A stretch of DNA of 64,000 bases from an uncultured Bacteroidota bacterium. GTDB taxonomy: Bacteria > Bacteroidota > Bacteroidia > Chitinophagales > Chitinophagaceae. The notes under the pieces are model-generated. The model had not been told where the DNA came from and searched no databases. It was given only the letters and a program-made list of their open reading frames with translations. The translations under genes were made by a program, and so were the position numbers. The DNA is taken from assembly GCA_903831935.1 (NCBI GenBank), contig CAIKZP010000031.1, positions 10,401 to 74,400 on the forward strand, given 5' to 3'. Below, piece by piece: positions 27,130 through 36,376 of this stretch (its first letter is position 1; each line of letters opens with the position of its first letter).

Positions 27130-28104
27130 TTACCATCCTAATAAATAAGCAAAAATCAATGGGACCACAATGGTAGCATCGCTTTCAACAATATATTTAG
27201 GTGTATGAATATCTAATTTGCCCCAAGTAATTTTTTCGTTAGGAACTGCGCCAGAATAAGATCCATAAGAAGTAGTTGAATCACTTACTTGGCAGAAATA
27301 ACTCCAGAAAGGCACATCATGCCATTCCAAATCTTGGTACATCATTGGTACAACACAAATAGGGAAATCTCCTGCAATACCACCGCCCACTTGAAAAAAT
27401 CCAATTCCTTTTCCACCACTATTTTGGCGATACCAATCGGCTAACCAAACCATGTATTCAATACCATTTTTTACAGTATTGGCTTGCAATTCATTTTTAA
27501 TAACATAGCTCGCAAAAATATTTCCTGTAGTACTGTCTTCCCAGCCTGGGCAAACAATTGGCAAGTTTTTTTCTGCAGCTGCAATGATCCAACTGTTTTT
27601 AGGATCAATTTCGTAGTACTGCTCTAAATCGCCCGATAAAATAGTTTTGTATAAAAACTCATGCGGAAAAAAACGTTCGCCTTTTGCTTCTGCATCTTTC
27701 CATTGTTTAACCAAAGGTTTTTGCAAACGTCTAAACGCTTCTTCTTCTGGAATACAGGTGTCGGTTACACGGTTGTAATGGTTTTCTAATAAATCCCATT
27801 CGTCTTGTGGTGTAAGGTCTCTATAGTTTGGAACCCTTTTGTAATGGCTATGTGCCACCAAATTCATCACATCTTCTTCTAAGTTGGCTCCGGTACAACT
27901 AATGATAGCAATTTTGTCTTGGCGAATCATTTCTGCCAAGCTAATGCCTAATTCAGCCGTACTCATTGCTCCTGCTAAACTAACCAGCATTTTACCGCCG
28001 TCTAATAAATGGGTTTCATACCCTTTTGCGGCATCTACTAAAGCGGCTGCGTTAAAATGGCGATAATGGTGTTCTATAAACTGCGAAACGGGACCTTTGC
28101 TCAT
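27130..28104 (-). CDS. Deoxyhypusine synthase family protein (bacterial DHS-like, possible homospermidine synthase)
   Basis: 324 aa. 'LAGAMSTAELG', 'IISCTGANLEEDV' and 'GGGIAGDFPI' fit the DHS/NAD-binding fold. Confidence 0.7.
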   Translation of the reverse strand: MSKGPVSQFIEHHYRHFNAAALVDAAKGYETHLLDGGKMLVSLAGAMSTAELGISLAEMIRQDKIAIISCTGANLEEDVMNLVAHSHYKRVPNYRDLTPQDEWDLLENHYNRVTDTCIPEEEAFRRLQKPLVKQWKDAEAKGERFFPHEFLYKTILSGDLEQYYEIDPKNSWIIAAAEKNLPIVCPGWEDSTTGNIFASYVIKNELQANTVKNGIEYMVWLADWYRQNSGGKGIGFFQVGGGIAGDFPICVVPMMYQDLEWHDVPFWSYFCQVSDSTTSYGSYSGAVPNEKITWGKLDIHTPKYIVESDATIVVPLIFAYLLGW

Positions 28105-28270
28105 ATCCTACTATTTATTTTTAATGATTTAACTGATTTGAGGGGCAAAAGTAATTTTTTTGGTTGGTTAGTGGCTCTTAAATATTCGGCTTTTTTGCGT
28201 TACTTGCATAGCATCTATAGAAAAAATTTCTATAGCCTCAATAATAAATAAATATTTCTTTTAATATTAT

Positions 28271-29029
28271 ATGGACCAATCCTATTTTAAAGAATACTAT
28301 CAATTAGAACGCGTAAACTGGTGGTTTACAATAAGGAGGAAAATATTAGCAGAAAGGATAGGTAGTTTATTGAATCACCCTACGCAATTACAATCATTAA
28401 ATATAGGCGCAGCAACAGGTACTACCTCAGATATGTTAACCGAATTTGGAGCAGTGATGTCTGTTGAGTTTGATGAAACATGTTGTGATTTTACTAAAAC
28501 TTTTCTTAGTACGCCTATTATTCAAGGCTCAATATTAGAACTACCTTTTGAAAATGAAAGCTACGATTTAGTAACAGCTTTTGATGTAATTGAACATGTA
28601 GCAGATGATGTTACCTCTATCGATGAAATGTATAGGGTTTGTAAACCTGGAGGCCATATTGTAATTACAGTGCCTGCATACCAATTTTTATGGGGGCAGC
28701 ATGATGTGATTAACCAACATTATCGCAGGTATACATTAACACAATTGTTGCAATTGCTAGATACTAAAGATGGAAGCATTATCTATAAAACTTATTTCAA
28801 TTCAATTCTTTTTTTTCCTATTAGTATTTTTAGACTAGCAGCTAAAGGATGGCGAAAAATAATTGGAAAAAAAGAAAATGGTACGAATTCAGACCATGAA
28901 ATTTTAGGCACTGATGGTTTTTTCAATAATATATTATCGGGTATTTTTAAAGTTGATTACTATTTGCTAAAATGGGGATTTCGTTTTCCGGCAGGCGTAT
29001 CTATTCTAGTTTTTTTTAAAAAGAATTAA
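28271..29029 (+). CDS. Class I SAM-dependent methyltransferase
   Basis: 'LNIGAATGTTSDML', 'YDLVTAFDVIEHV' and 'KPGGHIVITVP'. Confidence 0.75.
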   Translation: MDQSYFKEYYQLERVNWWFTIRRKILAERIGSLLNHPTQLQSLNIGAATGTTSDMLTEFGAVMSVEFDETCCDFTKTFLSTPIIQGSILELPFENESYDLVTAFDVIEHVADDVTSIDEMYRVCKPGGHIVITVPAYQFLWGQHDVINQHYRRYTLTQLLQLLDTKDGSIIYKTYFNSILFFPISIFRLAAKGWRKIIGKKENGTNSDHEILGTDGFFNNILSGIFKVDYYLLKWGFRFPAGVSILVFFKKN

Positions 29030-29035
29030 GCAGTC

Positions 29036-30244
29036 ATGCAGATAAACAAACAAAATATATTGTATAAGAAAATATCTATTGGACCAAAGATAGAAATTAG
29101 TTTAAGTCATTTTATTTGGTTCCTTCTAACAATAATTGCGGTTTGTTCTGAAATGGCTAGAGGCCTTGGCAGTATTGATAATTACCTAGTTTTTAAAGGT
29201 GTATTTGACCATGTCGTTCAACAAAAATATTTATTTAGTTTTTACCCTTCGGAGTATGCATCTTATAATAATTACGGCCCTGCCTTTTCATTAATCATTG
29301 CCCCTTTTGCTCTATTGCCGGTTTATCTAGGATGCTTTTTATGGGCAATCGCCAATGCTGGATGCTTATTCTATGCCATTAAATTACTGCCAATAAATGA
29401 AAACCAAAAGATATTAATATATTGGATTAGCTGTATTGAAATGATGACTTCCATTCATAATGTACAGTTCAATGCTATGTTTACTTCTTTTGTAATTTTT
29501 TCATTTGTATTTACACTAAGAGGTAAGGATTGGTTAGCAACACTTTTTATTGCACTAGGAATTCTTACTAAATTATATGGTGTTGGTGCATTAGCTTTTT
29601 TCTTTTTTTCAAAAAACAAGAAACAATTTATTGGAACATTTATAATGTGGATGGTTATTATTGTTGTATTGCCAATGCTCTACTCCAGTTATGATTATAT
29701 AGTTAAGAGTTACGAAGATTGGTACTATCAGATAATTCGTAGAAATGGTCAGAATATTGAAAATTCTAAGAATGCTGGAATGCAAGACATTTCTGTGCCA
29801 GGCATGATTAGACGAATATTCAATTACTATGGAAATATTGATTTTAAAATAATAGCACTTGCTGGTATTGCATTTATTGTGCCGCTATTTAAAAAGCATA
29901 ACCTTAGTTCCATTAAATTTCAATTGCATTACTTAGCAATCGTGCTGATAGCGGTGGTAATATTTAGTTCTGCGGCCGAAAGCCCAACTTTTGTAATTGC
30001 CGTTACCGGAGCCGCTATTTGGTTTGTTTTACAGACTACCCCTGTTGCTACTAGCGTAAAAATAATGCTAGCACTCCTGTTTTTATTAACCATATTATCG
30101 CCAACTGATATCGTTCCAAAATACATACGAGATCATTATATACTAGCATATTCACTGAAAGCATTACCTTGTTTTTTTATTTGGTGTTGGCTAACAGTTA
30201 GTGCATGGACAAATGATTTTAGAAACTACAACCATAATGAGTAA
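29036..30244 (+). CDS. GT-C fold polytopic membrane glycosyltransferase (DUF2029/GT87-like)
   Basis: About 10 or more TM helices. The first periplasmic loop 'YNNYGPAFSLIIAPFALLP' resembles the DUF2029 signature region. Operon partner of a polyprenol-phosphate GT2. Confidence 0.55.
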   Translation: MQINKQNILYKKISIGPKIEISLSHFIWFLLTIIAVCSEMARGLGSIDNYLVFKGVFDHVVQQKYLFSFYPSEYASYNNYGPAFSLIIAPFALLPVYLGCFLWAIANAGCLFYAIKLLPINENQKILIYWISCIEMMTSIHNVQFNAMFTSFVIFSFVFTLRGKDWLATLFIALGILTKLYGVGALAFFFFSKNKKQFIGTFIMWMVIIVVLPMLYSSYDYIVKSYEDWYYQIIRRNGQNIENSKNAGMQDISVPGMIRRIFNYYGNIDFKIIALAGIAFIVPLFKKHNLSSIKFQLHYLAIVLIAVVIFSSAAESPTFVIAVTGAAIWFVLQTTPVATSVKIMLALLFLLTILSPTDIVPKYIRDHYILAYSLKALPCFFIWCWLTVSAWTNDFRNYNHNE

Positions 30245-31166
30245 AACAGTAGCTTTTATTATTCCTGCCTGTAATGAGCAAGAAAATATATCAATACTAA
30301 TTCACAAACTAAATGAAGTGATGGAGCCAACGGGCTATGCCTATACCCTTACTTTTATTGATGATGGCAGTACCGATCAAACGCTTAATGTTCTCAAAGC
30401 ACAAAACGCTATTCAACCCAATATTTTTTATATTAGTTTTTCCAGAAATTTTGGGCACCAAAATGCATTAAAAGCAGGTTTAGATTCGGTTAATGGCGAT
30501 TGTGTCATTATGATGGATGCAGACCTTCAACATCCTCCAGAGTTGGTTCCTGTATTGCTTCAGAAATGGGATGAAGGATTTGATTTAGTTTATACTATCA
30601 GAAAAGAAGACGCTAAAATACCTTTGATTAAACGTAAAACTTCTAAACTTTTTTATGAAATAATTAATAATTTATCTGATATAGAATTAGAAGAAGGTGC
30701 AGCAGATTTCAGATTAATGGATAGAAAAGTAGTTGACGCTTTTAAGCAAATTAAAGAGAGTGATCTTTTTTTAAGGGGTTTAGTAAAATGGATGGGGTTC
30801 AGCCAAACTGGTATTGAATACTATCCAGCTAAAAGAAACAGCGGCGAATCAAAATATACTATCAAAAAAATGGTGCGTTTTGCACTACAAGGCATTACAT
30901 CCTTTAGTACAAAGCCGCTTTATATGGCCTCCTATTTAGGCTTTATATTTTCATTGTTTGCTGTTTTGTACATGACTTATATAGTTTATAGTTATTACAC
31001 AGGTCAAACCGTATCTGGTTGGGCTTCTGTAATTGCAACAATTACTTTTTTTGGTGGGCTACAACTAATGATCCTTGGAATTATTGGATTATACCTAGGC
31101 AAGCTTTTTGTACAAAGTAAAAACAGGCCTAATTATATTATTAAAGAAACAAATTTGCCTGGATGA
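30237..31166 (+). CDS. Polyprenol-phosphate glycosyltransferase, GT2 (ArnC/GtrB/LgmA-like)
   Basis: ATG 30237 gives 'MSKTVAFIIPACNEQENI', then 'FIDDGSTDQT' and 'MMDADLQHPPE', plus two C-terminal TM helices. This is the architecture of ArnC/GtrB/DPM1-type enzymes. The start overlaps the upstream stop by 8 nt. Confidence 0.8.
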   Translation: MSKTVAFIIPACNEQENISILIHKLNEVMEPTGYAYTLTFIDDGSTDQTLNVLKAQNAIQPNIFYISFSRNFGHQNALKAGLDSVNGDCVIMMDADLQHPPELVPVLLQKWDEGFDLVYTIRKEDAKIPLIKRKTSKLFYEIINNLSDIELEEGAADFRLMDRKVVDAFKQIKESDLFLRGLVKWMGFSQTGIEYYPAKRNSGESKYTIKKMVRFALQGITSFSTKPLYMASYLGFIFSLFAVLYMTYIVYSYYTGQTVSGWASVIATITFFGGLQLMILGIIGLYLGKLFVQSKNRPNYIIKETNLPG

Positions 31167-31936
31167 ACCCAAAAGTATTGTTGAGTTTTGATGTAGAGGA
31201 ATTTGATATGCCTTTGGAATACCAATTTCCTATCAGCCCAAGCCAACAAATGCAATTGGGAAAAGAAGGGTTAGATGTTATCACACAATTGCTTCAAGAA
31301 CAAAACATTCCCACTACTTTATTTACCACCGCCAATTTTGCACAACATTTTCCCGATGCTATTCGTGGATTAGCAAACCAACACGAAATTGCTTCACATA
31401 CCTTGTTTCATTCTGCATTTGAAAATGAACATTTGTTGCAATCAAAACAAATATTAGAATCCATTAGCCAACAAACTGTAAAAGGTTTACGGATGCCACG
31501 CATGCGTAAGGTTGAGATGCAAGCTGTAAAAGATGCTGGTTATCAATACGATTCTTCTATTAATCCAACTTGGATACCAGGCCGATACAATAATTTACAT
31601 TTACCCAGAACCATTTATACCGAACAAACTGTTACTAGAATTCCCGCATCTGTTTCCGCAAATTTGCGCATACCTTTGTTCTGGTTGAGTTTTAAGAACC
31701 TACCGTATGCATTATTTAAAAAATTAACCATTCAAGCATTGGAAAAAGATGGCTATGTATGCCTCTATTTTCATCCTTGGGAATTTATAAATATCAATGA
31801 TTATGGATTGCCGGGTTTTACAAAAAAACTTTGTGGAACCCCACTACTCAACAGGCTCAATCAGTTAATTAATGACCTAAAAAAAAGTGGTTATGCATTT
31901 AGCACCATCGCTGATTTTTTGGAAGAAAAAAAATAG
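31163..31936 (+). CDS. Polysaccharide deacetylase (CE4-like; ArnD/NaxD/LgmC-like)
   Basis: 'LLSFDVEEFD', 'EIASHTLFH' and 'GLRMPRM' fit NodB/CE4-type motifs. ATGA start/stop overlap with the GT2 gene. Confidence 0.7.
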   Translation: MNPKVLLSFDVEEFDMPLEYQFPISPSQQMQLGKEGLDVITQLLQEQNIPTTLFTTANFAQHFPDAIRGLANQHEIASHTLFHSAFENEHLLQSKQILESISQQTVKGLRMPRMRKVEMQAVKDAGYQYDSSINPTWIPGRYNNLHLPRTIYTEQTVTRIPASVSANLRIPLFWLSFKNLPYALFKKLTIQALEKDGYVCLYFHPWEFININDYGLPGFTKKLCGTPLLNRLNQLINDLKKSGYAFSTIADFLEEKK

Positions 31937-31969
31937 CTGATTGTTGTAGACAAACTTAAAATTAGCACC

Positions 31970-32629
31970 ATGCAAAAGACAACTAATTTCTCGGAATGGA
32001 TGATTGGATTTATTATTTTAATTCCTTTCTTTTATTTGGCAAGCATTTACAATAGTTTACCAGAGATAGTGCCTATTCATTTTGATTTACACGGAACACC
32101 AAATGGATTTGGCGAAAGGTCTACCCTAATTCTAACTACTAGTTTACTAGGATTAGTTGCTGCAGGTTGTTATTTGCTGATTAAAAATTTACCGAAAATT
32201 GATCCGAAAAAAACTGCTGGTCAATCGCCAGAATTATATAAAAAATTAGCTTGGGCACTCGTTATATTTATGAGTGCACTAAACTTAATTATTGTATTTT
32301 CTGCTGCTAATAAATCTGTTAATATTACCAAACTCATGCTACCCATGATTGGTATATTGTTTTCATTTTTAGGATATTATATGCGCGATATGAAGCCTAG
32401 TTATTTTGTGGGCATTCGCACACCTTGGACATTGGAGAACGATGATAACTGGCGCGAAACGCACATACTTGCTAGTAAAATTTGGGTGCCAAGTGGTGTA
32501 ATTGTAACAGTTGCAACATTAGTACTACCTGAAACTATTGCATTCATCTGTTTTATAACAACAATTGTAATTATTAGTATTATTCCAATTGGATATTCTT
32601 ATTTGTATTTTAAAAAACACCAACAATAA
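31970..32629 (+). CDS. SdpI/DUF1648 family membrane protein
   Basis: 'IVPIHFDLHGTPNGFG' (DUF1648), 'NYFVGIRTPWTL.ND.NWRETH' (SdpI/YhfL signature), and several TM helices. Confidence 0.7.
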   Translation: MQKTTNFSEWMIGFIILIPFFYLASIYNSLPEIVPIHFDLHGTPNGFGERSTLILTTSLLGLVAAGCYLLIKNLPKIDPKKTAGQSPELYKKLAWALVIFMSALNLIIVFSAANKSVNITKLMLPMIGILFSFLGYYMRDMKPSYFVGIRTPWTLENDDNWRETHILASKIWVPSGVIVTVATLVLPETIAFICFITTIVIISIIPIGYSYLYFKKHQQ

Positions 32630-32634
32630 TTTTT

Positions 32635-34071
32635 ATGCAAAAAATATTCGTACTATTTGTGGGTTTAATGATGGTTCAATTTACCAATGCGCAAAGCATT
32701 GTTGGTGTATGGCAAGGCCTTATTCCAGTAGGAAAAAATAGCATTCGTTTTGTAATGCATGTTACCAATAACAACAACGAATACCAAACAGTATTTGATA
32801 GTCCAGACCAAAAAGGATTTGGCATTAAAGGAGGAAAAACCAGTTTTATAGCCGATAGTATTTTGGCCGATATTAAAATCATGAACGCTTTTTACCGAGG
32901 TAAATGGGATGGCAAAGACAGCATTGTAGGAAAGTTTGAGCAAGGTGCTTTTAAAACTTTGCTTAACATGAAACGATTAACTGCCGATGAAATTCCAGAA
33001 CCACCTGCACCAATCGTTCGAACACAAACGCCCAAACAACCTTTTGGATATGCTTCTGAAGATGTAGAATACGATAATGCCGATAAATCGGTGCACTATG
33101 GCGCAACACTTACTAAACCAACTCAGGGAAAAGATTTTCCAACCGTAATAATCATTTCTGGTAGTGGTACACAAGACCGCGACGGAGATATGTTTCAACA
33201 TAAAACCTATGCAGTATTAGCCGACCTTTTAACCAAACAAGGTATTGCTGTTTTGCGCGTAGATGACCGTGGCATTGGCAAAAGTACTTTAGGCCCAAAA
33301 CCATTAGAGTTAACCTCTGTGGAATTTGCAGGAGATGTTAATACTAGCATACAGTATTTATTAAGTAGAAATGATATCAATAAAAATAAAATTGGCTTAG
33401 TAGGTCATAGTGAAGGCGGAATGATTGCTCCAATGGTGGCTGTAAAGAATAAACAAGTAGCGTTTATTGTGCTTTTAGCAGGGCCAGGACAAACAGGACA
33501 AGAAATTTGGAATTTTCAAATGCAACGCTCTTTAGAAAAAGGAAATTTATCAATCGATCAAAAGAAATTAGCCGATGCAGCCATTAATAATATCAATGCA
33601 GCATTTGCAAAATCAACCGATTTAAAAATAGTGCAAGACAGTATGCGTGCTGCATTTGCAGTTTGGAAGAAAAATGTAAGCGACAGTGTAGAACAATCTT
33701 TATTCATGCAAAGGCCCGTTCCTACATTTTTAAAATTGGCACAACAATACCAGTCTGGACTTTACTGGTTGAATTATTTTTTAAACTACCATCCTGCCGA
33801 AAATTTACAAAAACTAACCATACCTGTTTTAGCACTCAATGGTTCATTCGACATACAAGTGTCTAGCAAAGACAATTTACCTGCTATTGAAGCAGCCTTA
33901 AAAAAAGGACAAAACAAAAATTATCAGGTAATAGAAATGCCTAAAATGAATCACTTATTTCAAAGCTGTATTGCTAAAGAAATTTCTTACGAATCTATAG
34001 AAGAAAGTTTTTCACCAATTGCTGCAAATACAATTGGTAATTGGATTTTGCAAAAAGCAATAAAAAATTAA
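32635..34071 (+). CDS. Secreted alpha/beta hydrolase
   Basis: Signal peptide, an N-terminal beta-rich module, then the nucleophile elbow 'GHSEGG' and C-terminal 'MNHLF' (His). Confidence 0.7.
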   Translation: MQKIFVLFVGLMMVQFTNAQSIVGVWQGLIPVGKNSIRFVMHVTNNNNEYQTVFDSPDQKGFGIKGGKTSFIADSILADIKIMNAFYRGKWDGKDSIVGKFEQGAFKTLLNMKRLTADEIPEPPAPIVRTQTPKQPFGYASEDVEYDNADKSVHYGATLTKPTQGKDFPTVIIISGSGTQDRDGDMFQHKTYAVLADLLTKQGIAVLRVDDRGIGKSTLGPKPLELTSVEFAGDVNTSIQYLLSRNDINKNKIGLVGHSEGGMIAPMVAVKNKQVAFIVLLAGPGQTGQEIWNFQMQRSLEKGNLSIDQKKLADAAINNINAAFAKSTDLKIVQDSMRAAFAVWKKNVSDSVEQSLFMQRPVPTFLKLAQQYQSGLYWLNYFLNYHPAENLQKLTIPVLALNGSFDIQVSSKDNLPAIEAALKKGQNKNYQVIEMPKMNHLFQSCIAKEISYESIEESFSPIAANTIGNWILQKAIKN

Positions 34072-34073
34072 TT

Positions 34074-35234
34074 ATGAACGATTCATCAAATCAAGTAGGC
34101 CTAGGCACAACATATATACATGCAGGTTCTGAACCAGATCCTTCTACTGGCGCCATCATGACGCCAATTTATCAAACATCTACATTTGTTCAAGAAGCCC
34201 CTGGAGTAAACAAAGGATTTGAATACGCGCGTAGCCAAAACCCTACCCGAAAAGCATTAGAAGAAGCGTATGCGCAAATTGAACATGGCAAGTTTGGACT
34301 GGCATTTAGTAGTGGTGTTGCTGCAACAGATGCGGTGATTAAATTATTATCACCCGGCGACCAAGTGATTGCAGCGAGTGATATGTATGGAGGCACTTAT
34401 AGATTGTTTACCAAAATATTTGCCAAATATGGTATTGTATTTACGTATGTTGATACCACCGATATTACAAATATTCAAAACGCCATTACACCAAACACAA
34501 AACTCATTTGGATTGAAACACCTACCAATCCATTAATGAATATTACAGATATTGCTGCAGTAGCAGTTATTGCAAAAGCAAGTGGCGCACTGCTTTGTGT
34601 AGACAACACCTTTGCTTCGCCTTATTTACAAAATCCATTAACTCTTGGCGCCGATATAGTCATGCACTCAGCTACTAAATACTTGGGTGGACATAGCGAT
34701 TTAATTCAAGGATGTTTGATGATGAATGATGCCAAATTAAGAGAAGAATTATTCTTCATTCAAAAATCATGCGGCGCTGTTCCAGGTCCGATGGATTGTT
34801 TTTTAGTATTGCGTGGCATTAAAACCTTGCACGTGCGTATGCAACGTCACTGCGAAAATGGCGAAAAGATTGCACATTTTTTACGCAACCATCCAAAGGT
34901 TGAAAGGGTTTACTGGTGTGGGTTTGAAGACCATCACAATTATGCCATTGCTAAAAAACAAATGCGCGGATTTGGGGGAATGATGAGTTTTACGTTGAAA
35001 GACGATAGCATTGAAAATGCAACACGTGTTTTATCTAGTACAAAATTATTTTCATTGGCCGAAAGTTTAGGAGGTGTAGAATCGTTGATTAATCATCCAG
35101 CATCAATGACGCATGCTTCTATTCCAAGAGCAGAAAGAATTAAAAATGGTTTATCCGATTCTTTAATTCGTTTAAGTGTGGGCATTGAAGATGTGGCAGA
35201 TTTAATAGCCGATTTGAATCAAGCAATTGGGTAA
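34074..35234 (+). CDS. Cys/Met-metabolism PLP enzyme (cystathionine gamma-synthase/beta-lyase/gamma-lyase family)
   Basis: 'YARSQNPT', 'MYGGTYRLF', 'HSATKYLGGHSD' (PLP lysine) and 'SLGGVESL'. Confidence 0.85.
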   Translation: MNDSSNQVGLGTTYIHAGSEPDPSTGAIMTPIYQTSTFVQEAPGVNKGFEYARSQNPTRKALEEAYAQIEHGKFGLAFSSGVAATDAVIKLLSPGDQVIAASDMYGGTYRLFTKIFAKYGIVFTYVDTTDITNIQNAITPNTKLIWIETPTNPLMNITDIAAVAVIAKASGALLCVDNTFASPYLQNPLTLGADIVMHSATKYLGGHSDLIQGCLMMNDAKLREELFFIQKSCGAVPGPMDCFLVLRGIKTLHVRMQRHCENGEKIAHFLRNHPKVERVYWCGFEDHHNYAIAKKQMRGFGGMMSFTLKDDSIENATRVLSSTKLFSLAESLGGVESLINHPASMTHASIPRAERIKNGLSDSLIRLSVGIEDVADLIADLNQAIG

Positions 35235-35257
35235 ACAAACTGATATAAAAACAGCTG

Positions 35258-36052
35258 ATGCAAAATAATAACCAGCAAAAGCTAATTAGTTTTTTTGAAC
35301 AGAAAGTAGCCAAATACAATCAGCCGTCTTTTATTGCGGCTGACCCTGTTTGCATTCCACATTTATTTAGCGTAAAACAAGACATTGAAATTGCCGGTTT
35401 TTTTTCCGCTGTATTTGCTTGGGGCGGACGCACTACTATCATCAACAAATCGAAAGAATTAATGCAGTTGATGGATATGGCGCCATATGATTTTTGTTTG
35501 AATCACCAAGAATCGGACCTTAAAAAAATGCTGCATTTTAAGCACCGTACTTTTAATACCACCGACCTTTTATATTTTATTGCATTCTTACAATTCCATT
35601 ATCAAAACAACAAAAGCTTAGAGAGCGCTTTTTTTCCAAAACAAGTATTGCAAGAAAGTTCCATTGAAATTGTAGCAACAGCCCTAAGTTATTTTCATAA
35701 CTACTTTTTTTCTTTAGAAGACGCTCCAAACAGAACTAGAAAACATATTGCAACGCCTTATAAAAATTCTAGTTGCAAACGCTTAAATATGTATTTACGT
35801 TGGATGGTGCGCAAAGATAAAAATGGAGTTGATTTTGGTATTTGGAAAAAAATTACACCCGCGCAACTCATTTGCCCCATTGATGTACATGTTGCTCGTG
35901 TAGCTAAACGCTTTCAATTGCTCGACCGCAAACAAGTAGACTGGTCGGCAGCTGTTGAACTAACACAATACTTGCGTAACTTAGATCCAATAGATCCTGT
36001 AAAATACGATTTTGCCTTATTTGGTTTGGGCGTAATGGAAAAATACACATAA
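35258..36052 (+). CDS. TIGR02757/DUF2400 family protein (HhH-like, uncharacterised)
   Basis: 'DPVCIPHLFS..QDIEIAGFFSAVFAWGGRTTII' and 'PIDVHVARVAKRFQLL' fit the conserved DUF2400 layout. Confidence 0.6.
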   Translation: MQNNNQQKLISFFEQKVAKYNQPSFIAADPVCIPHLFSVKQDIEIAGFFSAVFAWGGRTTIINKSKELMQLMDMAPYDFCLNHQESDLKKMLHFKHRTFNTTDLLYFIAFLQFHYQNNKSLESAFFPKQVLQESSIEIVATALSYFHNYFFSLEDAPNRTRKHIATPYKNSSCKRLNMYLRWMVRKDKNGVDFGIWKKITPAQLICPIDVHVARVAKRFQLLDRKQVDWSAAVELTQYLRNLDPIDPVKYDFALFGLGVMEKYT

Positions 36053-36064
36053 ACTACAAACACC

Positions 36065-36349
36065 ATGAGCAATTCCACCGAACTACAAACCATAGAAAAA
36101 TTAAACCTCAACGAGTTGATTGCACATATCAACCATTTAATTGCCAATGATTTTTCTAAATTGGTTTACTTATTGTATGCAGTGGATGTGTCTGAAAAAA
36201 AATTGAAAACCCTATTGGCAGAGCATCCTAATGAAGACGCAGGAAAAATAATAGCACACTTAATTCTTGAAAGACAAGAACAAAAAAGAAAATCACGCGA
36301 GCAATTTAAACAAGCCGAAGAAAATATTCCAGACGATGAAAAATGGTAA
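36065..36349 (+). CDS. Hypothetical small acidic protein
   Basis: 94-aa ORF in a tight co-directional gene string. No recognisable motif. Confidence 0.45.
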   Translation: MSNSTELQTIEKLNLNELIAHINHLIANDFSKLVYLLYAVDVSEKKLKTLLAEHPNEDAGKIIAHLILERQEQKRKSREQFKQAEENIPDDEKW

Positions 36350-36376
36350 CTTTAATTTTTCATAAACCACTTATAC

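Noticed and set aside
28057-28251. 64-aa plus-strand ORF in the gap upstream of the methyltransferase operon.
   Set aside because: It starts inside the 5' end of the DHS-like gene on the opposite strand, has no motif, and shows no convincing start context. The region is better read as a divergent promoter region.
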